A stretch of DNA of 64,000 nucleotides. Source: Octopus sinensis. Lineage: Eukaryota. Where the stretch lies: contig NC_042999.1 in NCBI RefSeq assembly GCF_006345805.1, forward strand, positions 71,176,001 to 71,240,000, in the 5' to 3' direction. The translations under genes and the position numbers were made by a program. The stretch's first letter is position 1, and each line of letters opens with the position of its first letter. This document shows positions 39,271 through 54,049 of this stretch, piece by piece. The notes below the pieces were generated by a model that was not told where the DNA came from, did not search any database, and saw only the letters and a list, made by a program, of their open reading frames with translations.

Positions 39271-39305
39271 CCACCATCATCATTATTATTATTATTATTA
39301 TTATT

Positions 39306-39529
39306 GAGTGAGCGAGCAGAGCATGCCATCAAAGTGACACTGGGGTAAAATATACGAAGCCCAGTATACCCATCATGACTACACGTCTGATAAGGGTACA
39401 CCAGGCACATGCATCACAACCATATGTGCGCGACATGGTGATCTCATATCAAGATAAACAGCACATGACCTTGCAGGTGGAGCCCAGTTGGAATTTTCTT
39501 CAGATCGAGTAACCCATCCCGCTCAAAAG

Positions 39530-39530
<1 letters not shown>
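39306..39530 (-). mobile_element. Truncated copy of the 4416-4972 TAA-embedded repeat
   Basis: High identity; (TAA)n on both sides. Confidence 0.85.
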
Positions 39531-39588
<58 letters not shown>

Positions 39589-39610
39589 GTTATTGTTGTT
39601 GTTGTTGTTG

Positions 39611-39639
<29 letters not shown>

Positions 39640-39641
<2 letters not shown>

Positions 39642-40809
39642 GCAGTATATTTTTTTTCGCGTGCTTTCACTTCACTACCGGGCGCAGCTCTGTGTGCCTT
39701 GGGTATGTGCTGAGATTTGTTGTGATGCTCTGATGGTTACTGTATGGAAAGTGTTCTGCGTAGGATGTGTGCAGTGCCTAGTAGTGCAATTTTCTGTATG
39801 TTATATGTGTTTGTAAGTCCTGGTGTTTTTGTTATGTATTTGTCTGAATATTTTTTTATCATGCCTAATGCACCTATTATGATAGGAATTGTTTCTGTTT
39901 TTAGATTCCACGTTCTGGTTACCTCTATTTCCAGGTCTTTGTATTTTGAAACTTTCTCCATTTCTTTTAGAGACACGTTGTCATCTGCTGGTATTGATAC
40001 ATCAATTAGAAAGCATTTTTCTTCATGATCTCTGACAACTATATCTGATCTGTTGGCCTTAATTTCTGTGTGTATTGGCATATCCCAGAGTATGGTTGCT
40101 TTCTCGTTTTCTGTGACCTTTTCAGGTGTGTGCCTATACCATCTTTTTTCTGTTGTTATTTCATAATGTTGGCATAGCTTCCAGTGTATATAGGTCCCAA
40201 CTCTGTCGTGTCTGTGAATATATTCCTTCTTAGCCAGAACTGGGCAGCCAGAGATAATATGATTTATTGTTTCTTGTCCATCTCCACATATTCTGCAGTT
40301 GCTTGTTATATTTCTTTTCATTACATGTTTTTGGTAATTTCTGGTGGGAAGGCTTTGGTCTTGTGCTGCAATTAAAAATCCTTCTGACTCTGCTTTGAGT
40401 CCTGAGCTTCTCAACCATTGCTGGGATTTTTCTTTGTCTATTTCTGTTGCGTTTAGTTTAGTCCAGTATTTACCATGAAGGGGCTTTTCTTGCCATCGTT
40501 TTATCATGGTTCGTTGCTGTTCTATTTTTAGTTTGGATTTCATTTGTTTTATAGCTTTTGTTGTTTATTCTTCTTCTTCTTCTTCTTCTTCTTCTTCTTC
40601 TTCTTCTTCTTCTTCTTCTTCTTCTTCTTCTTCTTCTTCTTCTCTTCTTCATATTTGTTAGATGGTATGATTTCTTGTTTGTATTTGTCAGCTTCCTTAA
40701 ATACTGAGAACAGTCTTTTGTTTTGTTCGTGTTTTGCCGCTATTTGTATCAGTTTTCCTTCCTTCTGAAGTAGATATTTTTGCAGTTCTATGGTGGTTAT
40801 TTTATAATA

Positions 40810-40810
<1 letters not shown>
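39640..40810 (-). mobile_element. 5'-truncated R4/Dong LINE with CCHC finger + REL domain
   Basis: 268-aa frame 39737-40543: LHGKY, AAQDQSLPTRNY, CRICGDGQETINHIISGC, RHDRVG, ILWD..RSDIV..IDVSIP..KYKDL; (TAA)n on both sides. Confidence 0.92.
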
Positions 40811-40866
<56 letters not shown>

Positions 40867-41039
40867 CAGTCGGGTTGATTATGCTTTCTACTAGGTCACA
40901 AGCCGCACTTTATCGTGTAACGAATTCTTATAGTTTTTCTTTTTAAAGTCCTGTTATGTGATTTGGCATTTGTTCTTACAGTGTATTGAGGGCGAGAAAC
41001 CTCTGTTATAGCATATATTCTGCAAATATTCGACCCGAA

Positions 41040-41195
41040 GGAAATTCTAACTGGGCCTCACCTGCAAGGTCATGCGGTGTTTATCTTGATATGAGATCAC
41101 CATGTCGCGCACATATGATTGTGATGCATGTTACTTGTGTATCCTTATCAGGCAGGTAGTCATGATGGGTATAGTGGGCTTCGTGTATTTTATTC
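41040..41195 (+). mobile_element. Fragment of the TAA-embedded repeat
   Basis: Reverse-strand homology to part of 4416-4972. Confidence 0.75.
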
Positions 41196-41199
41196 TGTA

Positions 41200-41905
41200 A
41201 CGATGAAATTGAAATTATAGACCACCTAATCTCAGGGTGTAGAGTCTTAGCACCTGTAGAGTTTTAGCACATGACAGAGTCGGCCAGTATTTACACTGGA
41301 CAATATGTCGGCATTATAAAATCAAAACCGCTGACAAATGGTATAAACACCATCCTGAAGCTGTGACTGAGGGAGAAAACGTGTTGATTCTCTGGGACTT
41401 CCCCGTACATGCTGACAAAACTATAAAAGCTAATAAACCGGATATTATAAAAGATCAGACGAAAAAGGTGTGTTTATTAATTGACATGAGTATTCCTTTC
41501 GCTCAAAATAAAGCGGCAAAAGAATTTGACAAGATCAGTAAATATAAAGACTTGCTAATAGACATTGGAAAATGTGGCATCCAAAGGCGACTACAGTAAC
41601 AGTAATTGTATGATCTCTAGGGATGATAAAAAAAAAAGGTACTGAAACCTATTTGAAAATGATACCAGGCTCCCCTCCCTACAGGAAGTGCGAAAAATCG
41701 TGTTAACTGGAACGGCTCATGTACTGAGAAGAGCATTATCGCTGTGAAAACAACATCCATTCATGAATTTATTTGTTTATTAATTTTTTAAATACATATT
41801 TTACCTATGAATTTGCGTGTGTAATCTGGGAATCTTTGCCCTAGGTGTACGGAAAACACTCAGCGAGAAATGGAAGAAAATTTGAAGAAAGAAGGAAAAA
41901 AATTA
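41200..41905 (+). mobile_element. R4/Dong LINE 3' fragment + 3' UTR
   Basis: TEGENVLILWDFPVHADKTIKANKPDII..LLIDMSIP; 3' UTR matches 2880-2930. Confidence 0.85.
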
Positions 41906-42061
41906 ATAATATGTTGAAGGAAAAGAAAGCGAGAGAAGTCGGAGAAGCCAAAGAACAACAACAAAAGGAAGAAGAACAAGAAGTGAAAAAGAATTTCGGC
42001 TGGCACCGTTAGCTCATTGCATCGAAAAATACCTATTCACTTCACTGCAATAACAAAGAAG

Positions 42062-42112
<51 letters not shown>

Positions 42113-42122
42113 CACATACACA

Positions 42123-42168
<46 letters not shown>

Positions 42169-42185
42169 ACACACACACACACACA
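42062..42185. repeat. (CA)n microsatellite
   Basis: Direct reading. Confidence 0.95.
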
Positions 42186-44692
42186 GAGAAAAATAGAAGT
42201 AAGGAAATGTTGAAGGATACTTGTGAAAGCAATGCACAAACATGCTGAAATTGCTTTTTGAGTCATATAAGTAACGCATTGCAAAACTTTCGCACTAATC
42301 ACCGATTAGCAAACACATAGAAGCACGATAATGGAGCACAAGTCAACTCAACGTCAATAATTTATTCAACCCCGAGCAAACAACGCAGATGAAAACCGTA
42401 ATATTTACCTCAAAGTGAAAAGAAGAATGCATACATTGAACTTCGTGCATAAAAATTGCGAAAAATAGAGTGTGAAGATTTCGACTAAACCAAATCAGCT
42501 AATATCCGATGCAAATGACGAAGTCTAAGTAAAGGGACGGGCGTTACTTTACAATTCACGCAAATGCAACAGGAAAGTTATAAACCACTTGGACGACAAT
42601 ACATTTTTCTATGCTACATGCATATTTCATAGGTGAACACTACACTCAAATCTAGATTTTAAAAAAAGTACGCAATATAATGTCTGGAGGGAAAATAAAT
42701 CTATCCTAAATTTAACACTGTAATTTAAGAAAATGCATTCTAAACGAAATACTGTACAAAAGTAACAGAACACTCAATAGAGAGAAAGCATTACAAGCAA
42801 TGAAAAAAATGCAGCAAAAAATGCAGCAAAAAATGCAAGAAATGAAAATGAAACACATTAGTTGAGAACGCAAATCACAAAGATAGACATAACACGTAAA
42901 ACAAAAAAAAAAAAAAAAGCAAAATATGAATCAAACCATAGAATTCCTAGATAAAAGCGAATAATTAACTAACGTCAAAGCAGAAACACATAATCGGAAA
43001 TAGGATCCAAAGGGGTTAATGTTAGAAATTTCAGAATAGAACACTGAAGATGAAAATTTTGATGATAATCTAAAGGTTGAAATTGCTAAAGAATGAAAAT
43101 TGATAAAATATCTCATGTACCAACGAAAGAGACACCCCCACAAAAATAAAATTTAAAGATTAAATAGCAACAACAATGAAACAAACCTTGTTATACGTAT
43201 ATTAAGCGAAAAGAGATATAAATACTTAATATCTCATCGATAAAGCAAGCAAAAAATGCAGAAATCACAAATGAAACTAGAAAATTTATCAAAAGTACTC
43301 ATACAGCGACATCTAAGCAATCAATATTGAAAACTTAACATGAGGGGAAAAGGCAGAAAACGAAAGAAACATACATGAGACCAAAAACGAAGAAACATGT
43401 AAAGAGAAAGAAGGAGAGGGAGAGAGAGATAGAGAGTGATAGAGAAATTGAAAAAATACAAAGTAACAGAAGGACCAGAAAACAAAAGGTATCTGAAGGG
43501 CTCCTCCTTAAAACGCAATGAATCCAGTGCTTCAATTCTTCGAGTGTAATTTTTATACAAGTCACACGATAGACGCTCAACGTATTGTCACAAATTCTTA
43601 TAATATAACACAAACAGCATATATACAATCATCACTCAATACAATAACAGTTCACACAACAAATATTCTATATAATCATTACTTTACATTTCAATGCATC
43701 CTACACTTGCCAAACAGCTTAGACACCTCACATTGTACACATTTGCTACTTGATACTATAACATAATTTACACAACTCGCACAATACAATTATCATTCAA
43801 CATAACTCACATAGAACATAATTTACATTATAAACATACGAAACAAAAAAAAACCACCAGGAAGGAACAACGAAACAAACGCAACAGCAAAGAATCACAG
43901 GCAACATGCAAACACTATTTCACCGCTGATATGTTGTACATATCTCAGGAACATGAAGATGCATCTGGTGTGCTGTAGATGCTAGCACAAACCTGTTGAA
44001 AGCAGGATGATGATGGTGGCCGTGATGTTGGCAAATAATATGAACAATCTTTCATATAATAATTATCTTCCGTAAGTATGTACGTCGGAGGGAGCGCTTT
44101 TGATTTTAACCAAAGAAATAAATAGCAGGTGAAAGCACATATATACAGTCTATCTTGTTTATCGTATATTAATGCTTAAATATTGTGGCACAAATTGCAC
44201 AATCTTTTTACTTTTCTCAATGTATTATAATTTACTATTATTAACTTTATTACGTATCTATTTTCTGTACGTCATTTGAGATTTTTCATTTTTTATTTAT
44301 CATATTAGTAAGATTTTATGCAAACTTAAATATCAGTATACGGTTACAAAACCAAATTATATATCTGTGTTTTCATCTTATTTCCTGGAGAATAATTTTA
44401 ACTGTTATGAATCAAATATAGTTTCAACGCATGAATCGCAAAGAAATGTTTTAAAATGATTTTACTGCACGTAGAGGTGAAGAATAATCTAGTTTCTGAA
44501 GTGCTGTTGGAATAGCGAAAGCAGTGACCTTTTGCTAAAACAATAAACGTGTAAATTACATATATTTATACACACGCCCGATTATATTTCTTTAACTGTA
44601 AGTCTATGGTCTACTTTTGCGCAATGGATTCTATTGTTTCTGTTTCTGCCACTAAACTGATACACACACATACACACACACACACACACATA

Positions 44693-44822
44693 TATACGAC
44701 GGGCTTCTTTCAGCTTCCGTCTACCAAATCCACTCACAAGGCTTTGATCGGCGCGATGCTACAGTAGAATACTCTTGCCCAAGGTGCAACGCTGTGGGAC
44801 TGAACTCAGTACCAAGTGGTTA
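44693..44822 (-). mobile_element. SINE family A fragment
   Basis: Homology to 24355-24485. Confidence 0.8.
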
Positions 44823-44877
44823 AAGGTGGAAAGCGAAGGCTTCATATTAGCTGCTCAAGATTAAAGCTCATTGATCC

Positions 44878-45235
44878 GGAACTACCAGGACACTGTAATG
44901 AAAAATCGTGTCCATCCAGTTTACCGAATCTGTAATGAGATTGTAACATTGGATCACTTGATCTCCTGATGTAAAGTTTTAGCATCATTGGAGAATAAAT
45001 CAAGGCATGACAGAGTTGGCCAATATCTACATTGGTTAATATGTCGGTATTATAAGATCAAGACTTTTGAAAAGTGATATAGCACTTGAGAAGTGTTGAA
45101 AAGTGGTAAGCGTTATATTTTCTCCTGTACATACAGCATAACCATCAAGAATGATAAACCGAGTGCTGTAAAAGTTTAAAAGGATAAAATCCTTTTATTG
45201 ATTGACATGAGTATCCCTTGTGATCATAATATTTT
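44878..45235 (+). mobile_element. Decayed R4/Dong REL fragment (3' UTR resumes at ~45785-45925)
   Basis: RHDRVGQYLHWLICR..LLIDMSIPCDHN remnants. Confidence 0.7.
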
Positions 45236-45242
45236 TTTCTAC

Positions 45243-46392
45243 TCCAGGCACAAGGCCCGAAATTTTTGGGGAGGGGACCAGTCAATTAGATCATCCCCAG
45301 TACGCAACTGGTACTTAATATATCGACCCTGAAAGGATGAAAGGTATAGTCAGCCACGGCGGAATTTGAACTCAGAACGTAAAGACAGACGAAATACCTA
45401 TTTCTTTACTACCCACAAGGGGCTAAACAAAGAGAGGACAAACAAGGACAGACAAACGGATTAAGTCGATTATATCGAACCAGTGCATAACAGGTACTTA
45501 TTTAATCGTCCCCGAAAGGATGAAAGGCAAAGTCGACCTCGGCGGAATTTGAACCCAGAATGTAGCGGCAGACGAAATGCCACTAAGAATTTCGCCGGGC
45601 GGTTACAATATCATTGGTTGTAAGAGCACTAGGAAGAATGAATAAATAAAAGACTCGAAAATTATTTGAGACTGTTTCTTTGCTTACCATCCTCTTAATA
45701 AGTGTAAAATGTTATTTTTACTGGTACGTAACACGTATTGAGAACAGCATTGTCGCTGTGAGAAGGATAACCTTCCATGTAAATAATTTATTTTTCTACA
45801 CAACTTTATTTGATATTGTAAATAAACAATCTTGTGTACTTACTTTTCTCGACCCAAAATATCGGGAAGACACTCAACGAGAAATGGAAACAAAATTCAA
45901 GGAGGAAAAAATAACTCATAATAATAGTAATCCTTTCTACTATGGGTGCAAGACCTACAATCTTGTGTGGTCCAGTCGACTACATCGGTTCCAGTGCTTG
46001 ACTGGTACTTACTTTATCGACCCGGAAAGGATGAAAAGCAAAATGGACCTCGGCGGAATTTGAATTCAAAACGTGAAGATGAACGAAATGCCGCTAAGCA
46101 TTTTGCCTAGCGTGTTAATGATTCCGCCAGCTCACCTCCTTATAACAACAACAACAACTACTACTACTACTACTACTAGTATTTTCAAGTTTTGCCACAA
46201 GTTTAGCAATTTCGGAGGAGTTGGTAAGTCGATTAAATCGAGTCTATTGCTCAACTGGTACTCATTGACCTTGGAAGGATGAAAAGCAAAGTCAACCTCG
46301 ACAGAATTTGAACTCAGAACATAAAGAGCCGGAAGAAAGAACAGCTGAGCATTTTTGTCCAATGTGTTAACAGTTTTGTCAGCTCGTCGCCA
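45243..46392 (-). mobile_element. Cluster of three SINE family B copies (45243-45605, 45950-46140, 46190-46392)
   Basis: Reverse-complement homology to 27005-27405 and 55280-55670. Confidence 0.85.
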
Positions 46393-47282
46393 TACGATAA
46401 TAACAATACTTTTGGCAAAAAACTACGTAGGTCGAATAACTACGAAGTTAAACCTAGCTCTGTCTGCCTCTCCGTTTGTCTCTCTGTCTGTCTCTCTCTC
46501 TCTTCATCTCTCCTTCATTCTCTCGCTCCCTCTCTGACTGACTTTCTCTCTCACTCACGCGAAAACAATAACAATTGAACGCTAGCGGGAACATTTATAA
46601 ACTGTACAACATTCTCATTTATCTTTGAAGTAATAACTGTCATCTTTATTCACCAATCAATCTCACACAATGTGGAAACCACAATTGCTTATTACCGTGA
46701 TTACTTATCCGTCTCTTCTTTTTGTACTCACCAATCACATTGTTGCTTATCTCCCCCATTCAGAAATTTATAGTCTCCCCTCTCCTTTTTCTCTCATTCC
46801 GTCTTTCTCCCTCTCTTTATCTCTTTCTTTTTATGTAATTCTATTACATACACTGTCTCCTCCTCAGCATTTCTTATAAACATTGTTTTTTTTTCTCTCT
46901 CTCTCTCCAACAAATGTTTCCTTTCTTTCTATCTCTCTCTCACAGTTTCTTCATGTCACGAACGTTATCTTTCTCTCTTTCTCACACTGTTTCTCCTCTC
47001 CCTCTTTCTATCTGACACACAATCACTCCCTTTCACTCATACACTACCGCTGTCACTTCTCCATCTTTCTCTCTTTCTCCCCTCTTTTTCTCTCTTTCTC
47101 TCTGAGCCTTCCTCTTTGATAATGTTTGCTAAAATTAAAAAAAAAACGAAAAGAGAAATACGACTCTGATATTCCACTGCCAGTCAAATCATTTTCATTA
47201 TGTCCTGAAAATACTAGAAGATAATGAAGATAATTCCTCTATGTCCTCATTTTCCATTCGACCGGGTTGTCGTCAATAAAGT

Positions 47283-47328
<46 letters not shown>

Positions 47329-47341
47329 GTCATCGTCATCG

Positions 47342-47383
<42 letters not shown>

Positions 47384-47495
47384 ACAACAACAACAATACA
47401 ATCACCTCTATCATCGATATATTAATCGTCGTCATCGTCATCATATCATCGTCATCATAATCATCACCATCATCATCATCATCATCATCATCACC
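47283..47495. repeat. (CAT/CGT/CAA)n compound microsatellite
   Basis: Direct reading. Confidence 0.95.
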
Positions 47496-48179
47496 GTCAC
47501 TGTGGTCCGCAATTAGAGTTTTACGACGGGCAAAAAAATGCCCATGTCTTTTAATTTAAATAGGCCCCGTGACATCATCATAGGCAATTCTCATAAGAAT
47601 ATTCTACTCCTAAATCTCCATGTAGCTCATTTAAACAACTAATTAGTCCTTCGCTCGCTATACAAAGAGCTTTGAAATTCATGGAGGAGCGCACCCCTCT
47701 TTAAGCATTTTCCTCGCCTTCCCATTAGGTTCAGAAATTATAATTCTTTTTTTTTGTTTGCCACAACTGCGATGATAAACGGGATATTTTAAGGGTAGGG
47801 ATATTTCACACGACTCTGAACTGCAGCTCTGTGAAAGAGACGAATTGTGGGGAAAATGTATTCAAAATAGACGATCACAACTACTCATTATCTAGAAAAA
47901 TTTGTCAACCCTGCAGTGTCATCACATGTTTTAACATCATAAGCCGGAGCATTTCAAAGCTATCACGATAAACTACTTAACAAATGAATTGCAACTATTC
48001 CACGAGAATAGAAAAAGTATACGATTCTGTGAGTTCAGATGAAGAATAGAGCAAAGCATCTCGGTCGGGCAGTAATTTGTTAGAGAGACAATGTACACGT
48101 TCGCAACTTCTCCCTGACATTTCATGGATAGAGTCTTCTCAGCCTATTTGTATGTGGGGCTGATCAGTTTACTTGTAAA

Positions 48180-48520
48180 CCTCATCCTAGTTCCTACCTA
48201 CTTAGAGAAACAGACAGAACTATAACCTAAGCAAATTAAAACGTCCAACAAACCTATACCTCTCGAAAGGCACAACATTCCCAAGGAAGCTTCTACACAC
48301 CCGAAGAAATTCTGTCGTTCTGCCTCAGATTGAATAGAGTGAAAGCATCTGTCCCATCTGGCATCACCGACTTCCTGAAAAATCATTTGTATCTTCAGAT
48401 TGAAACCTTTATCAAACTATAACCTCACTGCTCGATCCAGGCTGACCAAGATGCATGTACCTCAAAGTCGTCGAAAATGAGCGTGAGTGCGTTCCTGAAA
48501 CCTAAGCCTCGTTAATGGAT
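48180..48520 (+). mobile_element. Possible decayed LINE RT fragment
   Basis: YTPEEILSFCLRLNRVKASVPSGITDFLKNHLY resembles the KAxGPDGIxxxxLK pre-RT motif. Confidence 0.3.
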
Positions 48521-49348
48521 TTCCAATTCATGTCTCACAAACTTGCTCCGTTGATCAAATGATCTAGTCTCCAATCCAACCTTAGTTTACGTACATTTAC
48601 ACACCCTACCCTGAGTTGGTCGAAAGAATAAAACCAAAAGAAGCTAGACTGAACAAGAACTGGTATGAGATTGATGAGATGGCTTCAGTGAAATATCTCT
48701 TTAAATGGTCCTTGCTCGCTCTCTCCCAGAACATTTTCATGTTAACTTGGAATATTTTCCCTGGGTCCTAGGAAACATTTTCTGGTATTCTTAAATGGAT
48801 TCTATTTAGTGGTCCCCTATAAATGGGTTTCTTAACTTTCCTCGTTTGCATCGCTTCTCTGTATTTACAACAGTGAAGCTTATGAGACGTGATTCGTGTG
48901 AGTTTGACTGTTGGTGTTAAGTTACTAATTACTAATGGTATTTTTTCTGTGAGTATTCTTCTATTTTTCTGCTGTTAGCTTTTGCAGTTGGTGTCGTTGC
49001 GTGCTTGGTTGTTGTCGATGCGATGATGCTATACGATATGGCAGTTGTTTATTGGCAGACAGTTTTTGTCGATTCATTTAGTCTTCTGAACTTGAATTTG
49101 GTCTTCTTGGTTTCTTTCCTTCTTGTCACCTCCATGATAAAGCATGATAAAGACCTCTGTGGATGGTCTTGTGTAAATCTTGTCGCATAATAACATCTCG
49201 GAGTCGAAAAGGTTGTGCGCGCGTGCTTGTGTTTTGGGGGTGATGTTGGAGTGCGATATGTTACTTTAAATTGTTGTAGTGGTGGTGAAAATGTCACCCT
49301 GGAATGAAGTATTGATCTCTGACACACTTGCCATTATTTTTTGTGTTT

Positions 49349-49641
<293 letters not shown>

Positions 49642-49799
49642 GTGTGCATACATGCGTTCATATTCTTATATTTTTGCTAATGTTGTTACTGCTGCTATTG
49701 TTAGTTCTGCTGCTACCGTTGTTGTTGCGGTGGTTGTAACTCTGACGCCAACGCAAGTTTTCTTTCTCTTGTTCCCTTTCATGGCAAAAATGACACGAA

Positions 49800-50265
49800 C
49801 ATAAACCCGAAAGCATCATCGAAAATGATAATGCAAAGATCCTATGGGATTTTATGATTCAGTACGATCATGAGATAGAGAATAGGAAACCAGATATAGT
49901 GTTAATTGAGAAAGAAAGCAAACGATGCTAGACCATAGATATAGCATGCTCAGCTTAATACAGCGTATGCAATAAGGAAGAAAAAAAGTCGATAGATATG
50001 ACAGGTTAGCGTGGAAGTTTAAGCACTTGCGGTCGATGAAAAAGGTGGTAGTAGTACCAATAATTGTCGGAGCCCTGGGAACAGTGAGTAAAATCTTGAG
50101 AAGTACATGGAATAAATAAAGGCTGCAATAAGGGTGGACCACTTGCATAAACCAGTACTACTTGAAACTGATTGAATATTCCGGATGGTGCTCAAAAAAT
50201 AAGGAACATTACCTTAGTTACCTGGCGCCATAGTACATCTCCAGCGCGGGAAGCTGTGCAATGAC
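49800..50265 (+). mobile_element. R4/Dong-like REL fragment
   Basis: IIENDNAKILWDFMIQYDHEIENRKPDIVLIEK..VVVPIIVGALGTV; followed by (TAA)n. Confidence 0.8.
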
Positions 50266-50309
50266 AATAAATAATAATAATGATAAAAACAACAACAACA
50301 ACAACAATA

Positions 50310-50376
<67 letters not shown>

Positions 50377-50387
50377 TTAATAAAGTC

Positions 50388-50622
50388 TATTCAGGAACCT
50401 TTTGAGCGGGATGGGTTACTCGACCAGAAGAAAATTCTAACTGGGCCCCACCTACAAGGTCATGTGCTGTTTATCTTGATATGAGATCACCATGTTGCAC
50501 ACATATGGTTGTGATGCATGAGCCTAGTGTACCCTTATCAGACGGGTAGTCATGATGGGTATACTGGGCTTCGTATATTTTACCCCAATGTCACTTTGAT
50601 GGCATGCATTGCTCTCTCACTC
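50388..50622 (+). mobile_element. Truncated copy of the TAA-embedded repeat
   Basis: Reverse complement of the 4416-4650 part of the long copy; (AAT)n on both sides. Confidence 0.85.
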
Positions 50623-53600
50623 AATAATAATAAAGTCTACTACTGGATTAGATACTTTATTTTCGGCTCTAATAACGAAAGGCAAAGTTGACATCATCTG
50701 GATTTGAACTGAGAGCGCAGTTAACCGGAATTCATGCCAAAAGATATTCTATCTGATTCTGTAAAAACTGTGATGCTAAATCACTGCCTATGATGATTAT
50801 TACTGTGATGTCTTCAGACGTGCTGCTTCCGTAATCTCTATCTGTAAGCGCATTAAAATAGCAGATATCGGCAGAATTTCCATAAAAACTTTTTTCTAGA
50901 AACTAATTAAATGCCATACGAAGATTAATCAATTGATGTAAATGACTGTTGTACGTCCAAATGAGAAATATTGGAGGAGAATATATTCCAAATATTATGT
51001 TTCCTGAACATCCAGTAATTAGTTGATATAAGCGAATTGATGATTCGCGAAACAGCCTATCATCATCAAACTTATATAATTTCCGCCCAAGTAATGACAG
51101 CAGCTGCTGTACTAATGTAGTTTAAGCTATTGTTATCGATAAGTTATTCTTGATGTTGAATTTTTCTGCTGTTGTTATTACTGCTGCTGTTGCTGTAAAC
51201 AAGTTTATAAAGAGAAATGACATATTAAGGCAATCGGTCCTGAGATATATTTTTACATTGGCACGAAGCCACATATTGATAAGAGAGGGAAGATAGTTGG
51301 TTGACGCCACATAATTATAAAGAAGGGAGGGAGGATATAATCGTTTTGATTGACGTCAGAACATACCCAGTACTTATTTTATCAATTCTCAGCGACGAAT
51401 GAAAAAATTGACAATAGAGGAACTTGAACATGAAATGCAGAGAGGCGAACCTAAAAAAAAATTATATATAATTATAGTTTGTCAGGCGCTCTTCCCTTTC
51501 TTCCACCATGCATATAGTATGATGTAATGTTGCTATTGTTGCCAGGAGCCAATTTTATAGCATCTTTTTGAACAAATGGATCATATATGCGCACAAAGTG
51601 ACAGTAGAAACTATGAGGATAGCTTTTCACAGGTAAACATCTCTTTTATTAAATCTGTAAATCTAACTCCGAAATAATTAGAAGAAAAGTAATCAAAGGG
51701 ACGTATTCCATATTGTCGTGAGAAACTAATATTTCGTATTTCTTGATCTTCTCATCTATAATTTTGCTTAGCTTAATTCGGATTTAGCTACAGAGTGTTG
51801 TTACATTCATAAATATATTTATGAATGTAGTCCAACATGGATATTTTAGTTAAACATTTCAACCGTTATTGATCGAATCCACCAGAAAATCTCAATGCAA
51901 TCGTTCAACATGCAACGTAATAGCAGCCAAATCTCCATCCTATGGAACACTACCGTCCAAAGATATGAACAACAAAAATAGCCACCAAACCTTCCGTAAG
52001 TTTGACTGTTACAGCTTTAAAAGAACAGAAAGGTGACTTGGATAATGTAACTGTAGATACACTGTGCTTGGCACAAAAGACACAAACGTCACAACTAGAA
52101 TGACTTGTTTCATAGGCTTACTTGATCCAATATGAACTTCAGTAAAAGAACAAAACAACTTGAGTCACTGAAAATATTTTTAACATGGTCTACCATAAAT
52201 AATGATTGATTTTCCTCATATAATATCTTATTGCCTTAAAAATAGAACAGAGTGGACAATTTGGCCTTTGAACGTCCCCTTTGCAAATGCCAAAAGACCC
52301 AACAGTGCTGGATTAGATATCAATAACACTAAATAGATGGGAGATAAATCTAAACCAACTCTGTTGAAAACTCTCGTATATCACCGATCGTAAAACAATG
52401 AAATTAAATAGTCCATCTACCAATTAACTGCTCTTCGATTAGATTTCCTTTTAATGATAATAGTTAACCTTTATTGCTCTTTAAATGTAATTTAATTTAC
52501 CTAATGACCATTAATTACACATTCCTAGTCTCCTATAATGTGCTATCATCTATCAAGACTGAGTTGTGGCGAAACAAAATTAGCAGCAGCAGCAGCTACA
52601 GCAGCATCCTCAACATCAACAATACGAGCCAACAAGGCAGCTTTAATCCGGTCGGTCACTCTGGTAGAAATGATAACTATATCTTTTCAAATCAAAACTT
52701 GCTCTCTTAAAACGTAAGGACTATATCGTCTATAACAGCACATACGTAATAGAGAACAGGCAAATATAAAAGAAAAACTTCGGCTAATAAAATAAGAGTG
52801 TTTTTTCGACTGAGAGTATAAGATTAATATAAGGTATTTCCATCAACTGCCCTTTTATATTGCCCATTAATTTTCTCTATTAATGTTCTACAAATTAAAG
52901 AATGTATATTCATCACAAAATCTATACTATTTAAGTCAAATCGGTTGATTACCTGCCACTGAATCCAGAAACTTAATGTGTAGTGTACTAGCACACAGAG
53001 GTGAATAAATTTCCGTCTTTTAATCGACATTAGCGAAAGCATGTAGTCTAATGGCTAGAATATTTGGCTGATTATTATACGATTGAGGGTTCGATTCCTT
53101 AACCGTATGCTCCATAATTTGTCCTGAGAAAGATAGTTCATATCACGTTAAGTCTACTCATGAGTACCAGCCAGGTGCTGCAGCTCTCTCACTCTAGTTG
53201 CCATATCCTAGATGACCAGATAGGTAAAAGCTGAGAGGCAGATTATTCTATTGGCGAGTTAAAGCAATTTAGGAATGACGGTTGTCTCTACTGTATTTAA
53301 TCTATTACAAAAAAAAAAAATGGAAACAAGTTTTTGCAAGATTGTTGTTTGTTACCGACGTTTGTTCAATTTCCTTAATGGCTTACTCAGATAAAGTAAG
53401 GGAAGCCTCTATGGGTCCTTTAGAAGTTCCGTGACTGGTGGAAGAATGAAAGATGTTATCCTTAAATCGGAGACCTGACCTGAACGTTTGTAATAGCGTG
53501 GGCACCAGTAAAGAAACCAAGGCAAGAGATGAACGCATTAAATATATCACCCAAGAAGAAGAACAGTCTTTTCTACGAGCCTTCACACAGTTTTCTCTTC

Positions 53601-53978
53601 CTAAATTATATTCACAAAGCTTTGATTGACCCGAGGCTTTAACAGAGGCAGTTGCCCAGGAAGCATCGAAGAATAATCAAACCTGTAACAACTTAGTTAT
53701 GAAATGAATTTCATAACTATATGCCATTATTTTGTTGGTTTTCTTTAATTCTAGATCAGTCACGATCGGGCGCATCTATGGTAAAAGGCGTTCCATCCAT
53801 AGCCATCCTTATGTATATTAGGGACTACATTTCCCAATTGATCCATATTTTCCAGTAGCTGGTTGTAAATAATGCAGTCTCTATTTAATGAGACAGTAAG
53901 ATATTTGGTTTATTTTTTGGCAGTTCAAGTGACCACAGAGACGCTGTTTTTGGTGATTCGACGAACTTATCTTATATT

Positions 53979-54049
53979 GTTTGCTCTGTCAAGGCTCGCG
54001 TGCTGCTTTGTTGTAAGTCTAGCAGCACGCGAGCCTTGACAGAGCAAAC
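53979..54049. other. Perfect 29-bp inverted repeat with 13-nt loop
   Basis: GTTTGCTCTGTCAAGGCTCGCGTGCTGCT (53979-54007) / AGCAGCACGCGAGCCTTGACAGAGCAAAC (54021-54049). Confidence 0.95.

Noticed and set aside
42300-43900. A-rich segment with faint gag/LINE-like peptide traces
   Set aside because: Too decayed to assign a family or boundaries
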